Counted from the stretch's first letter, positions 30,116 through 42,427 are shown. The stretch is 64,000 nucleotides of DNA from Pseudomonadota bacterium (GCA_013112535.1 JABFGI010000007.1:43592-107591), one strand, 5' to 3'. Notes: generated from the sequence alone by a model not told the origin. A program made the numbers and translations.

Positions 30116-31389
30116 GACTTTTGTCCGCCCGGTTTTCCTGAACGACGTGGTCTTCTACCGCTTTTTTTCTTGCGTTGATGTTGTTGTCGTTGTTCGTGAT
30201 GTTTTCGTTTTACTGGCGGCTCTGGTGTTATTAACAAATCATCAGTAATTTGCTCTGTCGGGATTGGGTAACCGACATAAGATTCAATATCCATCAACGA
30301 ATAAATAAAATCTTCGCAACCAAAACTCACTGCATCACCACTGGCACCGGCACGCGCAGTTCGACCAATACGATGTACATAATCTTCAGAGTTTTGCGGT
30401 AAATCATAATTAAACACATGACTGACATCCGGAATATGTAAACCGCGCGCAGCAAGATCAGTCGCAACTAACGCTGCCAGTTCGCCTTTTGAGAATTCAT
30501 TAAACAATCGTTGCCGTTTCTTTTGCGGCACATCACCCGACAAAATCGCAGAATGAATACCGTTACCTTCAAGATAAGACCAGACTTTCTCAGCAACGCG
30601 TTTGGTATTAACAAAAACTATTGAACGATGCGGATCTATTTGTTTCATTAACCCCAATAACAATGGTATTTTTTCATCATTGGCAACGTGATAAAGCACT
30701 TGTTTTACCTTATCTGCTGTAACCTGCTCTGGATTAATTTTCACCTGTGTTGGGCTATTCATGTGTTCATAAGCCAATTCCATCACTCGGTGCGATAAGG
30801 TGGCTGAAAACAGCATATTTAAGCGTTTATCCGGCTTTGGCATACGCCGTAGCATATAGCGAATATCACTGATAAAGCCTAGATCAAACATACGATCTGC
30901 TTCATCAAGGACAACGATTTCAACATTTTTAAAATTGAATACTTTCTGCTTGGAATAATCGATTAATCTTCCCGGAGTGCCAATCAGGATATCAACACCC
31001 TCTTCCAGAGACTTGCGTTGCTTTTCGTAGTCGACACCACCATAAACGAGCGCTAATTTTAAACCGCAATGTTTATTAAATTTTTCTGCATCACTGTGTA
31101 TTTGAATAGCTAGTTCGCGCGTTGGTGCAATGATCAATGCACGGAGATTGCTATTTTTCGGTGCTGGTTTAGAAAGTAAAAAATGAAAGGTCGAAAGTAA
31201 GAAAGCGGCTGTTTTACCTGTCCCTGTTTGTGCCTGTCCGGCGATATCGTGACCATCCAAAATTAATGGCAAACACTCAGCCTGTATCGGAGTACAATTT
31301 TTAAACCCGATCTCGTCCAGTGCAGTAAGTAAGCGCTCATCTAATGGGAATTGCCTGAATTCAGGCGTGTTCTTTGTGTCTACGGTCAT
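30112..31389 (-). CDS. rhlB: ATP-dependent RNA helicase RhlB (DEAD-box)
   Basis: AQTGTGKT, DEAD, SAT and HRIGRTAR motifs, with a basic C-terminal tail. Divergent from trxA-rho, as in E. coli. Confidence 0.9.
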   Translation of the reverse strand: MTVDTKNTPEFRQFPLDERLLTALDEIGFKNCTPIQAECLPLILDGHDIAGQAQTGTGKTAAFLLSTFHFLLSKPAPKNSNLRALIIAPTRELAIQIHSDAEKFNKHCGLKLALVYGGVDYEKQRKSLEEGVDILIGTPGRLIDYSKQKVFNFKNVEIVVLDEADRMFDLGFISDIRYMLRRMPKPDKRLNMLFSATLSHRVMELAYEHMNSPTQVKINPEQVTADKVKQVLYHVANDEKIPLLLGLMKQIDPHRSIVFVNTKRVAEKVWSYLEGNGIHSAILSGDVPQKKRQRLFNEFSKGELAALVATDLAARGLHIPDVSHVFNYDLPQNSEDYVHRIGRTARAGASGDAVSFGCEDFIYSLMDIESYVGYPIPTEQITDDLLITPEPPVKRKHHEQRQQHQRKKKSGRRPRRSGKPGGQKS

Positions 31390-31502
31390 TTATTACCCTT
31401 ATGTTAAATCGCAATTTTATAGTATGACAATTTCAAGCTTGCAATTAGTCTTTAATTTCGTTGAAATTGCACCCTCACACACTAATTAGGATTACACAAT
31501 AA

Positions 31503-31829
31503 ATGAGCGACAGTATATTGCATGTTACAGATTCAAGCTTTGAAGATGAAGTTTTAAAATCAGAACAAGCTGTAATTGTAGATTTTTGGGCTGAATGGTG
31601 CGGCCCTTGTAAAATGATTGCACCAATTCTTGATGATTTAGCAGAGCAATATAAAGGCAAACTCACTGTTGCTAAAATTAACATCGATGAAAACCAAAGC
31701 ACCCCTCAAACTTATGGCGTAAGAGGTATTCCGACCCTGATCCTGTTTAAAGACGGCGATGCTATTGCCACCAAAGTCGGTGCTGCTTCAAAATCTCAAC
31801 TAGAAGCCTTTATTGATACTAATATTTAA
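31503..31829 (+). CDS. trxA: Thioredoxin
   Basis: 108 aa with a WCGPC active site. Confidence 0.97.
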   Translation: MSDSILHVTDSSFEDEVLKSEQAVIVDFWAEWCGPCKMIAPILDDLAEQYKGKLTVAKINIDENQSTPQTYGVRGIPTLILFKDGDAIATKVGAASKSQLEAFIDTNI

Positions 31830-32019
31830 TTAGTATCAATTTTAAATAAAACTGGACGTATGCATAATCGCGTGCTACTTTTATCAGGAAATAATAAGTA
31901 ATTTTATTTCAACCCAAAACCAAACCCCCTTTAAACTGTTATAACTAAAATCCGTTTTTATTTCGCAAACGATTCCGTTTGCTAACAAAAATATCAATCC
32001 AATCTAATATTCAAAACTT

Positions 32020-33276
32020 ATGAACCTTACAGAACTCAAACTAAAACCAGCCTCAGAACTTGTTGCAATCTCCTCCGAACTTGGCCTTAATAATCTGGCC
32101 CGCTCCCGGAAGCAGGACGTCATATTTGAAATTTTAAAAGCCCAGGCAAAAAAAGGCGAAGACATTCATGGCGATGGTGTGCTGGAAATTCTACAAGATG
32201 GCTTTGGTTTTTTACGTTCTGCCGGCAGTTCATATCTTGCCGGTCCGGATGATATTTATGTTTCACCGAGTCAGATAAGACGCTTCAACCTTAGAACAGG
32301 GGATAATATTTCAGGCAAAATCAGGCCACCAAAAGACGGTGAGCGTTATTTTGCTCTACTCAAAATTAATGAAATAAACTTTGAACCGCTTGATAAAGCT
32401 AAAGGTAAAATTTTATTTGAAAACTTGACGCCATTATTTGCCAACGAGCGATTAACACTGGAATTAGGCAATGGCAGCACCGAAGATTTGACACCAAGAA
32501 TCATTGATCTGGCATCACCAATAGGTAAAGGCCAACGTGGTTTAATCGTATCTCCACCAAAAGCAGGTAAAACAATGATCCTGCAAAGTATTGCTCAGTC
32601 CATTGCGCATAATTATCCGGAAGTACACCTGATCGTATTGTTAATTGATGAACGTCCTGAAGAAGTAACAGAAATGGAACGTTCTGTTCGTGGTGAAGTT
32701 ATTTCCAGTACCTTCGATGAACCAGCCAGCCGCCATGTACAAGTAGCCGAAATGGTCATTGAACGAGCTAAACGATTAACCGAACACAAAAAAGACGTTG
32801 TGATCCTGCTTGATTCGATTACACGTCTTGCCCGCGCTTATAACACCGTGATTCCTTCATCAGGTAAGGTTTTAACCGGTGGTGTTGATGCAAATGCCTT
32901 ACAAAGACCAAAACGATTTTTTGGTGCAGCTCGAAACATTGAAGAAGGCGGTAGCCTGACTATTATTGCAACCGCATTAGTTGATACCGGTTCAAGAATG
33001 GATGATGTCATCTACGAAGAATTTAAAGGCACGGGTAATATGGAACTGCATCTTGATCGTAGCATTGCAGAAAAGCGTGTTTATCCTGCGATTAATATTA
33101 ATCGTTCAGGAACACGACGCGAAGAAATGCTAACTGACGAAGCTGAGCTTCAAAAAATGTGGATACTACGTAAACTGCTTCATCCAATGGAAGAACTGGC
33201 TGGCATGGAGTTTTTACTTGAGCGATTAAAAGCTACCAAGAATAATGCAGATTTCTTTGATGCAATGAAGAGATAA
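32020..33276 (+). CDS. rho: Transcription termination factor Rho
   Basis: Near-canonical Rho sequence (MNLTELK..., GFGFLR, Walker A PPKAGKT). Confidence 0.98.
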   Translation: MNLTELKLKPASELVAISSELGLNNLARSRKQDVIFEILKAQAKKGEDIHGDGVLEILQDGFGFLRSAGSSYLAGPDDIYVSPSQIRRFNLRTGDNISGKIRPPKDGERYFALLKINEINFEPLDKAKGKILFENLTPLFANERLTLELGNGSTEDLTPRIIDLASPIGKGQRGLIVSPPKAGKTMILQSIAQSIAHNYPEVHLIVLLIDERPEEVTEMERSVRGEVISSTFDEPASRHVQVAEMVIERAKRLTEHKKDVVILLDSITRLARAYNTVIPSSGKVLTGGVDANALQRPKRFFGAARNIEEGGSLTIIATALVDTGSRMDDVIYEEFKGTGNMELHLDRSIAEKRVYPAININRSGTRREEMLTDEAELQKMWILRKLLHPMEELAGMEFLLERLKATKNNADFFDAMKR

Positions 33277-33278
33277 TA

Positions 33279-33857
33279 TTAATTTAGTTTATTGATATAA
33301 CGCATTTTATCCTGTTGCCCTAATCGATAAAGGCGGCGCAAATCATTGAGTAAAACACGATTTAAACCGGATAAATTATATTTTTGTTGCAAACTCCTAC
33401 AATATTTACCTGCGTAATAATTAGCCCGCTCATATCGTTCTAATTCATTTGTCTCTAATTCTAAATCATAATGATTATTTTCAAATAACCAGGTTCTAAG
33501 ATCATTAATCAAGTCAGCATCCTGATCATGATTAATTAAAGACTGCATCAATATAAACTTATCAATCTCGGCTTGTAGCTCCATTTCCAATAATGTTACC
33601 TGTCGATAATGACTGGCATTCCAGACTACATATAAAAAATGACTGACACCTTCCAGAATTAAACAAAACTCTGAATACTTGCCCTGCTCTATTAAATTAA
33701 TCGGGTGTGTATTTTCAATATGTTTAAAAACATCAGCAGATATATACAAGGACAAATCAATTCCACCTTCATATTCAGCGATTAATAGTCTTTCATTATT
33801 ATTACGTGTTTGACTATTTGAAGATAAATAATCCGCAAGACATTTGTCCGTAATCAA
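33279..33857 (-). CDS. Hypothetical protein; true start probably upstream (frame open to 33950)
   Basis: The first canonical start is a TTG with no SD. An in-frame ATC at 33932 lies 7 nt after a perfect AAGGAG that overlaps the upstream stop. Confidence 0.55.
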   Translation of the reverse strand: MITDKCLADYLSSNSQTRNNNERLLIAEYEGGIDLSLYISADVFKHIENTHPINLIEQGKYSEFCLILEGVSHFLYVVWNASHYRQVTLLEMELQAEIDKFILMQSLINHDQDADLINDLRTWLFENNHYDLELETNELERYERANYYAGKYCRSLQQKYNLSGLNRVLLNDLRRLYRLGQQDKMRYINKLN

Positions 33858-33943
33858 GAAATCATTTACAGAATGTTCAACATCAATCTCATAGATGGAT
33901 TCAAGTTGTTCCTGAAAATAATCAAGTTCGATGAGACTACTCC

Positions 33944-34588
33944 TTAATGTTTACGCTTTTTGGAAGGAAAAGTCAGAATACCGTTTTCTTGCAATCGTTT
34001 TCTTGCATATTCACTACCGCTATCTAACCAGGATTCATACAAATCAAGTACATCACGGTCATCAACCAACTCACTGCTTTCACTAACTTCTGTTAATACA
34101 TCAACATAATTCATAAAATGTTCAGCCAGATCATTAAAGACATCACGTAAATTTTTATCTGAAATTGTTCGAGGTGTTGCATCGGCCAGAAAACTATAAG
34201 CACCCCCGCCCATAGATATAAAATAATCAACACCGACAGCACTTCGTTCCAGACTTCCTGCAAAAAAGCCGGAAGTAAACAATGCAGTATCACCAAGCTT
34301 TCTAAGATGTGTATTTCTTTCTTCGTTAGATGATGCTTCAACTGCGTCTTTATAAATAAACGCTAAAGGTTTTGAAGAACGCCCTTCAGTTTCAACATCA
34401 AATATATTTTCTGAAAGTGTGTAATACGATAGTAAGTTGACAATATAAACAACTGTTTCATCGTTGTGATTGATATGTTGGTGAGAGAGTGCATCATGAA
34501 TAGCATCGTTAAAGTATTCATTCACATTAAGATTAGTAATTAGCTTAACATCATCATTAACTGAGTTCGACATAGTGCCTCCTGTCAA
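33944..34588 (-). CDS. Hypothetical protein, paralog of 5448-5987
   Basis: Shared core block (see 5448-5987). GGAGG SD before the ATG. Confidence 0.6.
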   Translation of the reverse strand: MTGGTMSNSVNDDVKLITNLNVNEYFNDAIHDALSHQHINHNDETVVYIVNLLSYYTLSENIFDVETEGRSSKPLAFIYKDAVEASSNEERNTHLRKLGDTALFTSGFFAGSLERSAVGVDYFISMGGGAYSFLADATPRTISDKNLRDVFNDLAEHFMNYVDVLTEVSESSELVDDRDVLDLYESWLDSGSEYARKRLQENGILTFPSKKRKH

Positions 34589-34824
34589 TACACATAATGT
34601 ATTTAACCGTTTACTTACTGGTTATATCGGCTAAATGTTTAATACGCTTTAGAAGATATCAAACTTTTTTATAAAAAGGGAAGTTAGCACTCTCTTGATG
34701 ATGCTGATAATGAAAAACATTTTTATTAAAATATAAGTTAACAGTCATGTCAGTTTCAGGCTAAAAGCGCACATAATATTTTGGTCAAGATGTATGCTTT
34801 TTGGACGTGAAACTGAATTATTTA

Positions 34825-35196
34825 CTATAAGTTATTTTCATATATAAAAAAGTAAAAAATTATCGCAAATACAATGATGCCTATAACAAGCATTTTTAAG
34901 GTTTCAATAAAATTTACTTCCGTGTCTTTTTTATTTTCCGCCATCATTTCTTTTTCATATTCTTTAGATTTTTTATGAAACTCTTTATTGCAAGGAATAA
35001 ATAGAAAGGATCTGAATAGTAAAAAAGAACCAATTAAAGTTGAGCAAAGTAAATTAAAATAATACCAATACTGGTGATCAAGTTTTTTTAATACTTCCAG
35101 ATCTATAGTAAATATATTTCCCGTAAGCAAGCCATAAAGAGAATTGACCAAAAGTATTATTCCAGCAACAAAGTAACCTACATGTATACTTTTCAT
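34825..35196 (-). CDS. Membrane protein (3-4 TM), unknown function
   Basis: Hydrophobic segments separated by a lysine-rich loop. Confidence 0.45.
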   Translation of the reverse strand: MKSIHVGYFVAGIILLVNSLYGLLTGNIFTIDLEVLKKLDHQYWYYFNLLCSTLIGSFLLFRSFLFIPCNKEFHKKSKEYEKEMMAENKKDTEVNFIETLKMLVIGIIVFAIIFYFFIYENNL

Positions 35197-35333
35197 TTAA
35201 CTTATTATTAGACAGTTCTTAAAATGTCACTTATTTTCCTCTATTCCTAGTTTGAAGAAGTTAAAAAACATTATTTCATTATGTCTGTATTGAATTATAA
35301 ATTCAATTAGTAGTCGCAGCACTTTATCTTTAC

Positions 35334-35370
35334 ATAAAAAAACCGACCTACATAAAATGTAGGTCGGTTT
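35334..35370 (-). terminator. Rho-independent terminator of groESL
   Basis: Perfect 13-bp stem (35341-53 with 35357-69), followed on the minus strand by a run of T. Confidence 0.9.
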
Positions 35371-35427
35371 CTTTAACACTTTAACTTAAACCTAATGGCT
35401 TAAGTGGACCAAGATGTTAGGTTGGAA

Positions 35428-37104
<1,677 letters not shown>

Positions 37105-37115
37105 TTATATTTGAT

Positions 37116-37403
37116 TTACTCGATGACGCCCATGATGTCGTCTTCACGAAGAACTAATAGATCTTCGCCGCCGACTTTGACTTCAGTACCGGAATACTTG
37201 CCAAATAATACTTTGTCACCTTTCTTAAGATCTAAAGCGCGAAGCTCACCGTTATCTAGCAATTTGCCATTGCCAACGGCAACGATTTCGCCTTCGATTG
37301 GTTTTTCTGTAGCTGAATCAGGGATTACGATACCGCCTGGTGACATTTTGTCTTCTTCCACGCGTTTCACAATCACACGATCATGTAATGGTCGGATATT
37401 CAT
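37116..37403 (-). CDS. groS: Co-chaperonin GroES
   Basis: Canonical GroES ([14 protein letters not shown]...). Confidence 0.99.
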   Translation of the reverse strand: MNIRPLHDRVIVKRVEEDKMSPGGIVIPDSATEKPIEGEIVAVGNGKLLDNGELRALDLKKGDKVLFGKYSGTEVKVGGEDLLVLREDDIMGVIE

Positions 37404-37461
37404 AATGAAGCTAACCTCCTTAATTCCTAACCTATTGATTTTTAAGCACCAACAAATCTTG

Positions 37462-37488
37462 TTAGCACTCCCATATAGTGAGTGCTAA
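37462..37488 (-). promoter_or_regulatory. CIRCE operator (HrcA binding site)
   Basis: Perfect TTAGCACTC-N9-GAGTGCTAA. Confidence 0.9.
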
Positions 37489-37515
37489 ATATAGTCTAAA
37501 ATTTTCCTATGTCAA
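37488..37515 (-). promoter_or_regulatory. Sigma-70-type promoter of groESL
   Basis: On the minus strand, TTGACA-16 nt-TATATT, immediately upstream of and abutting CIRCE. Confidence 0.6.
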
Positions 37516-37717
37516 CATTTTGCGCATACAGACTCAATAAAATTCTATATTGATTCATGCCAGAGAGATTATTTTAATAATGTATGTACTCACTAGAAAT
37601 TGAGGATGCGCTAGCCCCGTGTCGCGCTTCTGCTATAATGCCCCGCTTTTTAATGCTCAGAAACAAGTAGACACTTGTCAATCGCATTTCTTTTCCATAA
37701 TTATTACGTGTAGGGTC

Positions 37718-38626
37718 ATGACCAATTACAAGCTAACACATCTAAAACAACTCGAAGCGGAGAGTATCCATATTATCCGTGAAGTCGCCGCTGAATTCGA
37801 AAAACCGGTGATGCTTTATTCAATAGGAAAAGATTCTGCAGTCATGTTGCAATTAGCGCTGAAAGCGTTTGCTCCCGGCAAGCCTCCATTTCCATTACTC
37901 CATGTTGATACCACCTGGAAATTCAGGGAAATGATTACATTTCGTGATGAATTGGCAAAAAATCTCGGTCTGGATTTACTGGTTTATACAAATCAGGAAG
38001 GCGTTAAAGCGGGAGTTGGTCCCTTCACTCATGGTAGTAAAAAACATACGGATGTCATGAAAACCGAGGCTTTAAAACAGGCTCTTAATAAATATAAATT
38101 TGATGCTGCATTTGGCGGCGCACGCCGTGATGAAGAAAAATCACGCGCTAAAGAGCGTATATATTCTTTCCGCGATAAAAACCATCGTTGGGATCCAAAG
38201 AATCAACGTCCTGAATTATGGAATATCTATAATGGCAAAGTTGATAAAGGTGAAAGTATTCGTGTTTTTCCTTTATCAAATTGGACTGAGCTTGATATCT
38301 GGCAATACATCCATCTGGAAAAAATACCTATTGTCCCACTATATTTTGCCAAAGAACGTCCGGTAGTAAATCGGGATGGCGTGGATATTATGGTTGATGA
38401 TGATCGCATGCCTCTGGAACCGGGGGAAACACCTGAAATGAAAATGGTACGCTTTCGTACACTGGGTTGTTATCCATTGACCGGGGCGGTTGAATCAACG
38501 GCAACGACCTTACCTGAAATTATTCAGGAAATGTTATTAACCAAAACATCTGAGCGACAGGGTCGGGTTATCGATCATGATCAGGCCGGCTCGATGGAAG
38601 AAAAAAAACGCGAAGGTTACTTCTAA
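37718..38626 (+). CDS. cysD: Sulfate adenylyltransferase subunit 2
   Basis: Conserved CysD from [23 protein letters not shown] onward. The upstream 33 codons of the track ORF look spurious. Confidence 0.93.
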   Translation: MTNYKLTHLKQLEAESIHIIREVAAEFEKPVMLYSIGKDSAVMLQLALKAFAPGKPPFPLLHVDTTWKFREMITFRDELAKNLGLDLLVYTNQEGVKAGVGPFTHGSKKHTDVMKTEALKQALNKYKFDAAFGGARRDEEKSRAKERIYSFRDKNHRWDPKNQRPELWNIYNGKVDKGESIRVFPLSNWTELDIWQYIHLEKIPIVPLYFAKERPVVNRDGVDIMVDDDRMPLEPGETPEMKMVRFRTLGCYPLTGAVESTATTLPEIIQEMLLTKTSERQGRVIDHDQAGSMEEKKREGYF

Positions 38627-38627
38627 C

Positions 38628-40274
38628 ATGTCACATCAATCCGAACTTATTAGTACAGACATCGATGCTTATCTTGAGCAGCATGAAAAGAAGGAATTAT
38701 TACGTCTACTGACTTGTGGCAGCGTTGATGATGGTAAAAGCACACTGATCGGACGTTTATTACACGATTCAAAAATGATCTATGAAGATCAACTGGCAGC
38801 TATTACAGCAGACAGTGTTAAGTCTGGCACCACTGGTGATGATGTTGATTTAGCATTACTGGTTGATGGCTTACAGGCAGAGCGCGAACAAGGTATTACC
38901 ATTGACGTTGCTTATCGTTATTTTTCAACAGCCAATCGGAAATTCATTATTGCTGACACACCTGGACATGAACAATATACGCGTAATATGGCTACCGGAG
39001 CATCAACTTGTGATCTCGCTATCATCCTGATCGATGCGCGACACGGTGTACAGGTTCAAACACGTCGCCATAGTATTATTGCATCGCTGTTAGGCATGAA
39101 ACATATCGTCGTTGCTATTAATAAAATGGATTTAGTTGATTACGATGAATCTGTATATAACAAAATAAAAAGTGACTATCTGGACTTCACTAAAAAACTG
39201 GAAAAAATGGATATCCGTTCTATACCTATTTCTGCATTGAATGGTGACAACGTAGTAAATTTAAGTACAAACATGCCATGGTATGATGGTCAATCGATGA
39301 TGGAAATTCTGGAAACAGTTGAAATCGCTGCCGATCAAAATTACAAGGATTTTCGATTTCCGGTGCAATACGTCAACCGACCTAATCTCAACTTTCGTGG
39401 TTATTGCGGCACGATTGCCGCGGGAGTAATACACAAAGGTGACAACATTACTGTGTTACCGTCAGGCAAAACCAGTTCAATTAAATCGATTGTCACCTAT
39501 GAAGGTGAATTGGATGAAGCATATCCACCTATGGCTATTACCCTGACTCTCGAAGATGAGATTGATGTTAGCCGAGGAGATATGATTACTCACAGTAATG
39601 ATCTACCACAAATTAGTAATAAGTTTGACGCCAAGATTGTCTGGATGACAGAACAAGCTATGACTATTGGTAAGCAATACTATATAAAACTTGGTACAAA
39701 ACTGGTTCATGGTTCTGTCTCAAAAATAAACCATTTGATTGACGTTAATACACTAGAAGAATCGGACGTTGAAGAATTGAATCTGAATGAAATTGGTCAC
39801 TGTGATGTCACGCTAACTGCCCCGGTTCCGTTTGATGCATACAATTTATGCAAAGGATCCGGTTCATTTATCATCATTGATCGTTTAAGTAACGTGACAG
39901 TAGCCGCAGGCATGGTCATCGGCCCAATAGAAAATGATGAGTTGTTACCCGTCACTCAGGATGAAAGAACAGCACGATACGGGCAACAGGCTTTCACTGC
40001 CTGTTTAACTGGCAGCAATAATCGACAAACAGCACTTGAACTTGAACGCCTGCTATTCGATATGGGGCATGCCTGTGTCGTTCTGAATGAAAATCAATTA
40101 ACAGGAAATATTGCAGAAATCAGTAATTTGCTTAACCAGACCGGATTTATATGTTTATGCACTCTGGATAAAACCTCTATCACAACTGTGGAAAATAGTG
40201 ATGTATTTGATTGTACTAAAGAGGCCACCAATGACATTCTCAACGCAATAAGCAGCAAAGCACAACTTCGGTAA
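38628..40274 (+). CDS. cysN: Sulfate adenylyltransferase subunit 1 (GTPase) with a degenerate APS-kinase-like C-terminal extension
   Basis: [23 protein letters not shown] and NKMD GTPase motifs. ATG lies 1 nt after the cysD stop. The C-terminal roughly 100 aa aligns by eye to the N-terminal half of APS kinase, but with LTGSNNRQT in place of the P-loop. Confidence 0.88.
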   Translation: MSHQSELISTDIDAYLEQHEKKELLRLLTCGSVDDGKSTLIGRLLHDSKMIYEDQLAAITADSVKSGTTGDDVDLALLVDGLQAEREQGITIDVAYRYFSTANRKFIIADTPGHEQYTRNMATGASTCDLAIILIDARHGVQVQTRRHSIIASLLGMKHIVVAINKMDLVDYDESVYNKIKSDYLDFTKKLEKMDIRSIPISALNGDNVVNLSTNMPWYDGQSMMEILETVEIAADQNYKDFRFPVQYVNRPNLNFRGYCGTIAAGVIHKGDNITVLPSGKTSSIKSIVTYEGELDEAYPPMAITLTLEDEIDVSRGDMITHSNDLPQISNKFDAKIVWMTEQAMTIGKQYYIKLGTKLVHGSVSKINHLIDVNTLEESDVEELNLNEIGHCDVTLTAPVPFDAYNLCKGSGSFIIIDRLSNVTVAAGMVIGPIENDELLPVTQDERTARYGQQAFTACLTGSNNRQTALELERLLFDMGHACVVLNENQLTGNIAEISNLLNQTGFICLCTLDKTSITTVENSDVFDCTKEATNDILNAISSKAQLR

Positions 40275-40346
40275 GATTTAGATGATTGCTGGAAGATTTT
40301 TCATTCCGGGATTAATATAGGAATCAAATCCAAAAAGGAGGAAGTT

Positions 40347-40553
40347 ATGTCAGATCCAAAATCAGTTGAAGCAGCCGATCCCACAAAAAAAACTTCTAAG
40401 ATTACCGGTCCTGTTGATAATGATGCCACTGTAATAACTTCAGAAGTTGAAATTAAATGCTTCTGGAATGATGAAGAATTTGGAAATGGTGATCGCGTAA
40501 CTTCTGGAGGCAAGACTTACGAAGCCAACAACGGAATGTGGATTGAAGTATAA
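40347..40553 (+). CDS. Small hypothetical protein (68 aa)
   Basis: Strong SD (AAAGGAGGAAG) 4-5 nt before the ATG. No recognised domain. Confidence 0.5.
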   Translation: MSDPKSVEAADPTKKTSKITGPVDNDATVITSEVEIKCFWNDEEFGNGDRVTSGGKTYEANNGMWIEV

Positions 40554-40557
40554 GAAC

Positions 40558-41124
40558 CTATATTAGAGTTGGAACAAAGTCGTAACCGGCTTCTGTTTTA
40601 ACTATATCGCCAGTGTGTAATGAAAAAGCACCTTGTTTTATATCTTCAAAATAACATCTCAATGATGCTCGTATTGTTGTAAATGCGAGTTCATTCCATG
40701 GTATATCTGCTTCCTTAAATAATTTAACATCCAGGCTTTCAGCACCTGGCGAAAAGTTCAAATCTATTAGCCTAGAACGAAACATCATATAAACCTGACC
40801 GACATGAGGTAAACTAAAAACAGCAAATAATTCTTCCACGTCGACACGTGCATTCGCTTCTTCCAGTGTTTCTCGTATTCCTGCTTCCAGGCTTGTTTCA
40901 CCGAGTTCCATAAAACCTGCCGGCAAGGTCCAATAACCATAACGTGGTTCTATCGCACGCTTACACAGTAAAATTTTATCTTCCCAAACCGGAATACAGC
41001 CTGCGACTATTTTTGGATTTTGATAATGAATAGTATCGCAACTCTGGCAAATATAGCGATGACGATTATCATCAGCGGGAATTTCATAAATTAATACAGC
41101 ACGGCAATAACAACAATATTTCAT
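40558..41124 (-). CDS. NUDIX hydrolase with N-terminal zinc ribbon
   Basis: CxxC...CxxC at the N-terminus. Nudix box GFMELGETSLEAGIRETLEEANA. Confidence 0.85.
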   Translation of the reverse strand: MKYCCYCRAVLIYEIPADDNRHRYICQSCDTIHYQNPKIVAGCIPVWEDKILLCKRAIEPRYGYWTLPAGFMELGETSLEAGIRETLEEANARVDVEELFAVFSLPHVGQVYMMFRSRLIDLNFSPGAESLDVKLFKEADIPWNELAFTTIRASLRCYFEDIKQGAFSLHTGDIVKTEAGYDFVPTLI

Positions 41125-41744
41125 TTGTTTATATCTTTATTGATAAGTTTTGATAAACTCGGCCAGATATTTTCAAGCATTATTGGATGGGCTGACTCTA
41201 CCGGGTGTATGCCATCAGCTTGCATCAATCCAGGCACATCAGCAATATTCTGAAAAATAAATTTTGAAACAGGTACTTTCATTATTTCCGAAACCTTTTG
41301 ATAAATTGAAAAAAAACCTTCTCTGTACTTCATGCCATAATTTGGTGGCATTTGCATAGGTACAAGCAAAGCATCACTATTAACTTCAGTTATCATACTG
41401 ACCATTTTAATAAAATTACTTTCTATTTCTTTAAGCGAAATACCACGTAAGCCATCATTACCACCAAGCTCTATCACGACTATATTCGGTTTATGCTTTG
41501 TTAATAAATCAGCCAAACGCATTTGCGCTCCCAATGTTGTTTCACCAACAACACTGGCATTTACAACCTTATAATTATATTTATTCTGGACAAGTCGCTG
41601 CTGAAGAAGTGAAACCCAACCTTTTTCTACTGGAACACCGTAAGCAGCGCTTATACTATCGCCCAGAACTAGCAAGGTCTTTGCCTGTCCGATAACAGGT
41701 AAAACAGATAAACATACAATTAGAAATAATATTCGGTAATTCAT
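41121..41744 (-). CDS. tesA: SGNH/GDSL arylesterase / acyl-CoA thioesterase I
   Basis: Signal peptide followed by LGDSISAAYG, GGNDG and DGIHP. Start placed at MNYRILF.... Divergent from ybbA, as in E. coli. Confidence 0.85.
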   Translation of the reverse strand: MNYRILFLIVCLSVLPVIGQAKTLLVLGDSISAAYGVPVEKGWVSLLQQRLVQNKYNYKVVNASVVGETTLGAQMRLADLLTKHKPNIVVIELGGNDGLRGISLKEIESNFIKMVSMITEVNSDALLVPMQMPPNYGMKYREGFFSIYQKVSEIMKVPVSKFIFQNIADVPGLMQADGIHPVESAHPIMLENIWPSLSKLINKDINK

Positions 41745-41746
41745 AT

Positions 41747-42427
41747 ATGGTTCCAACAAATATTGTGCAAGCTGAATCACTCGGAAAGCAAGTTAAGAGT
41801 CCTGAAGGAACACTTACTATTCTGGCTGATATCAATTTGTCTATTAAACAAGGTGAAAGTTTAGCAATTATTGGTATTTCGGGTTCTGGCAAATCAACCT
41901 TATTAGGTCTGCTTGCAGGCCTTGATATACCGACTGCAGGCAGAGTGATTCTTGATGGAAGTAATTTATCACAACTGGATGAGGATGGTAGGGCAAAAAT
42001 TCGAGCACAATCTATAGGTTTCGTCTTTCAGTCATTTCATCTGTTACCCGGCCTGACTGCATTGGAAAATACTTCACTACCACTAGAATTAGCTGACATT
42101 GATGATGCAAAAAAAAAGGCAGAGAAAAAACTGGAAGAAGTGGGTTTAATTGATCGTATTCATCATTATCCAAATCAACTTTCAGGAGGAGAACAACAAC
42201 GCGTTGCCATTGCGCGTGCATTTGCTGGCAACCCAAAGATCATGTTTGCCGATGAACCGACGGGAAATCTCGATCAAAAAACAGCAAAACGCATTATCGA
42301 TTTATTATTTAAACTGAATAAAGAGAATGGCACTACATTAATTATGGTGACACATGATAATGAAATTGCGCATCACTGTGATCGACAAGTTGTAATTGCT
42401 GGCGGACAAATTAGCGAAGAAAAATGA
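41747..42427 (+). CDS. ybbA: ABC transporter ATP-binding protein YbbA-like
   Basis: Walker [10 protein letters not shown], signature LSGGEQQR, Walker [12 protein letters not shown]. Confidence 0.9.
   Translation: MVPTNIVQAESLGKQVKSPEGTLTILADINLSIKQGESLAIIGISGSGKSTLLGLLAGLDIPTAGRVILDGSNLSQLDEDGRAKIRAQSIGFVFQSFHLLPGLTALENTSLPLELADIDDAKKKAEKKLEEVGLIDRIHHYPNQLSGGEQQRVAIARAFAGNPKIMFADEPTGNLDQKTAKRIIDLLFKLNKENGTTLIMVTHDNEIAHHCDRQVVIAGGQISEEK

Noticed and set aside
34684-34710. TTAGCACTC half-site resembling CIRCE upstream of the 214-aa hypothetical gene
   Set aside because: The second arm (TGCTGATAA) does not match GAGTGCTAA. A single 9-mer alone is not evidence of an HrcA site.
37619-37717. N-terminal extension of cysD (and, similarly, 38577-38627 for cysN)
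   Set aside because: The extensions are non-conserved, Cys/Phe-rich or basic junk. The conserved protein begins at the internal Met, and the cysN ATG lies 1 nt after the cysD stop.
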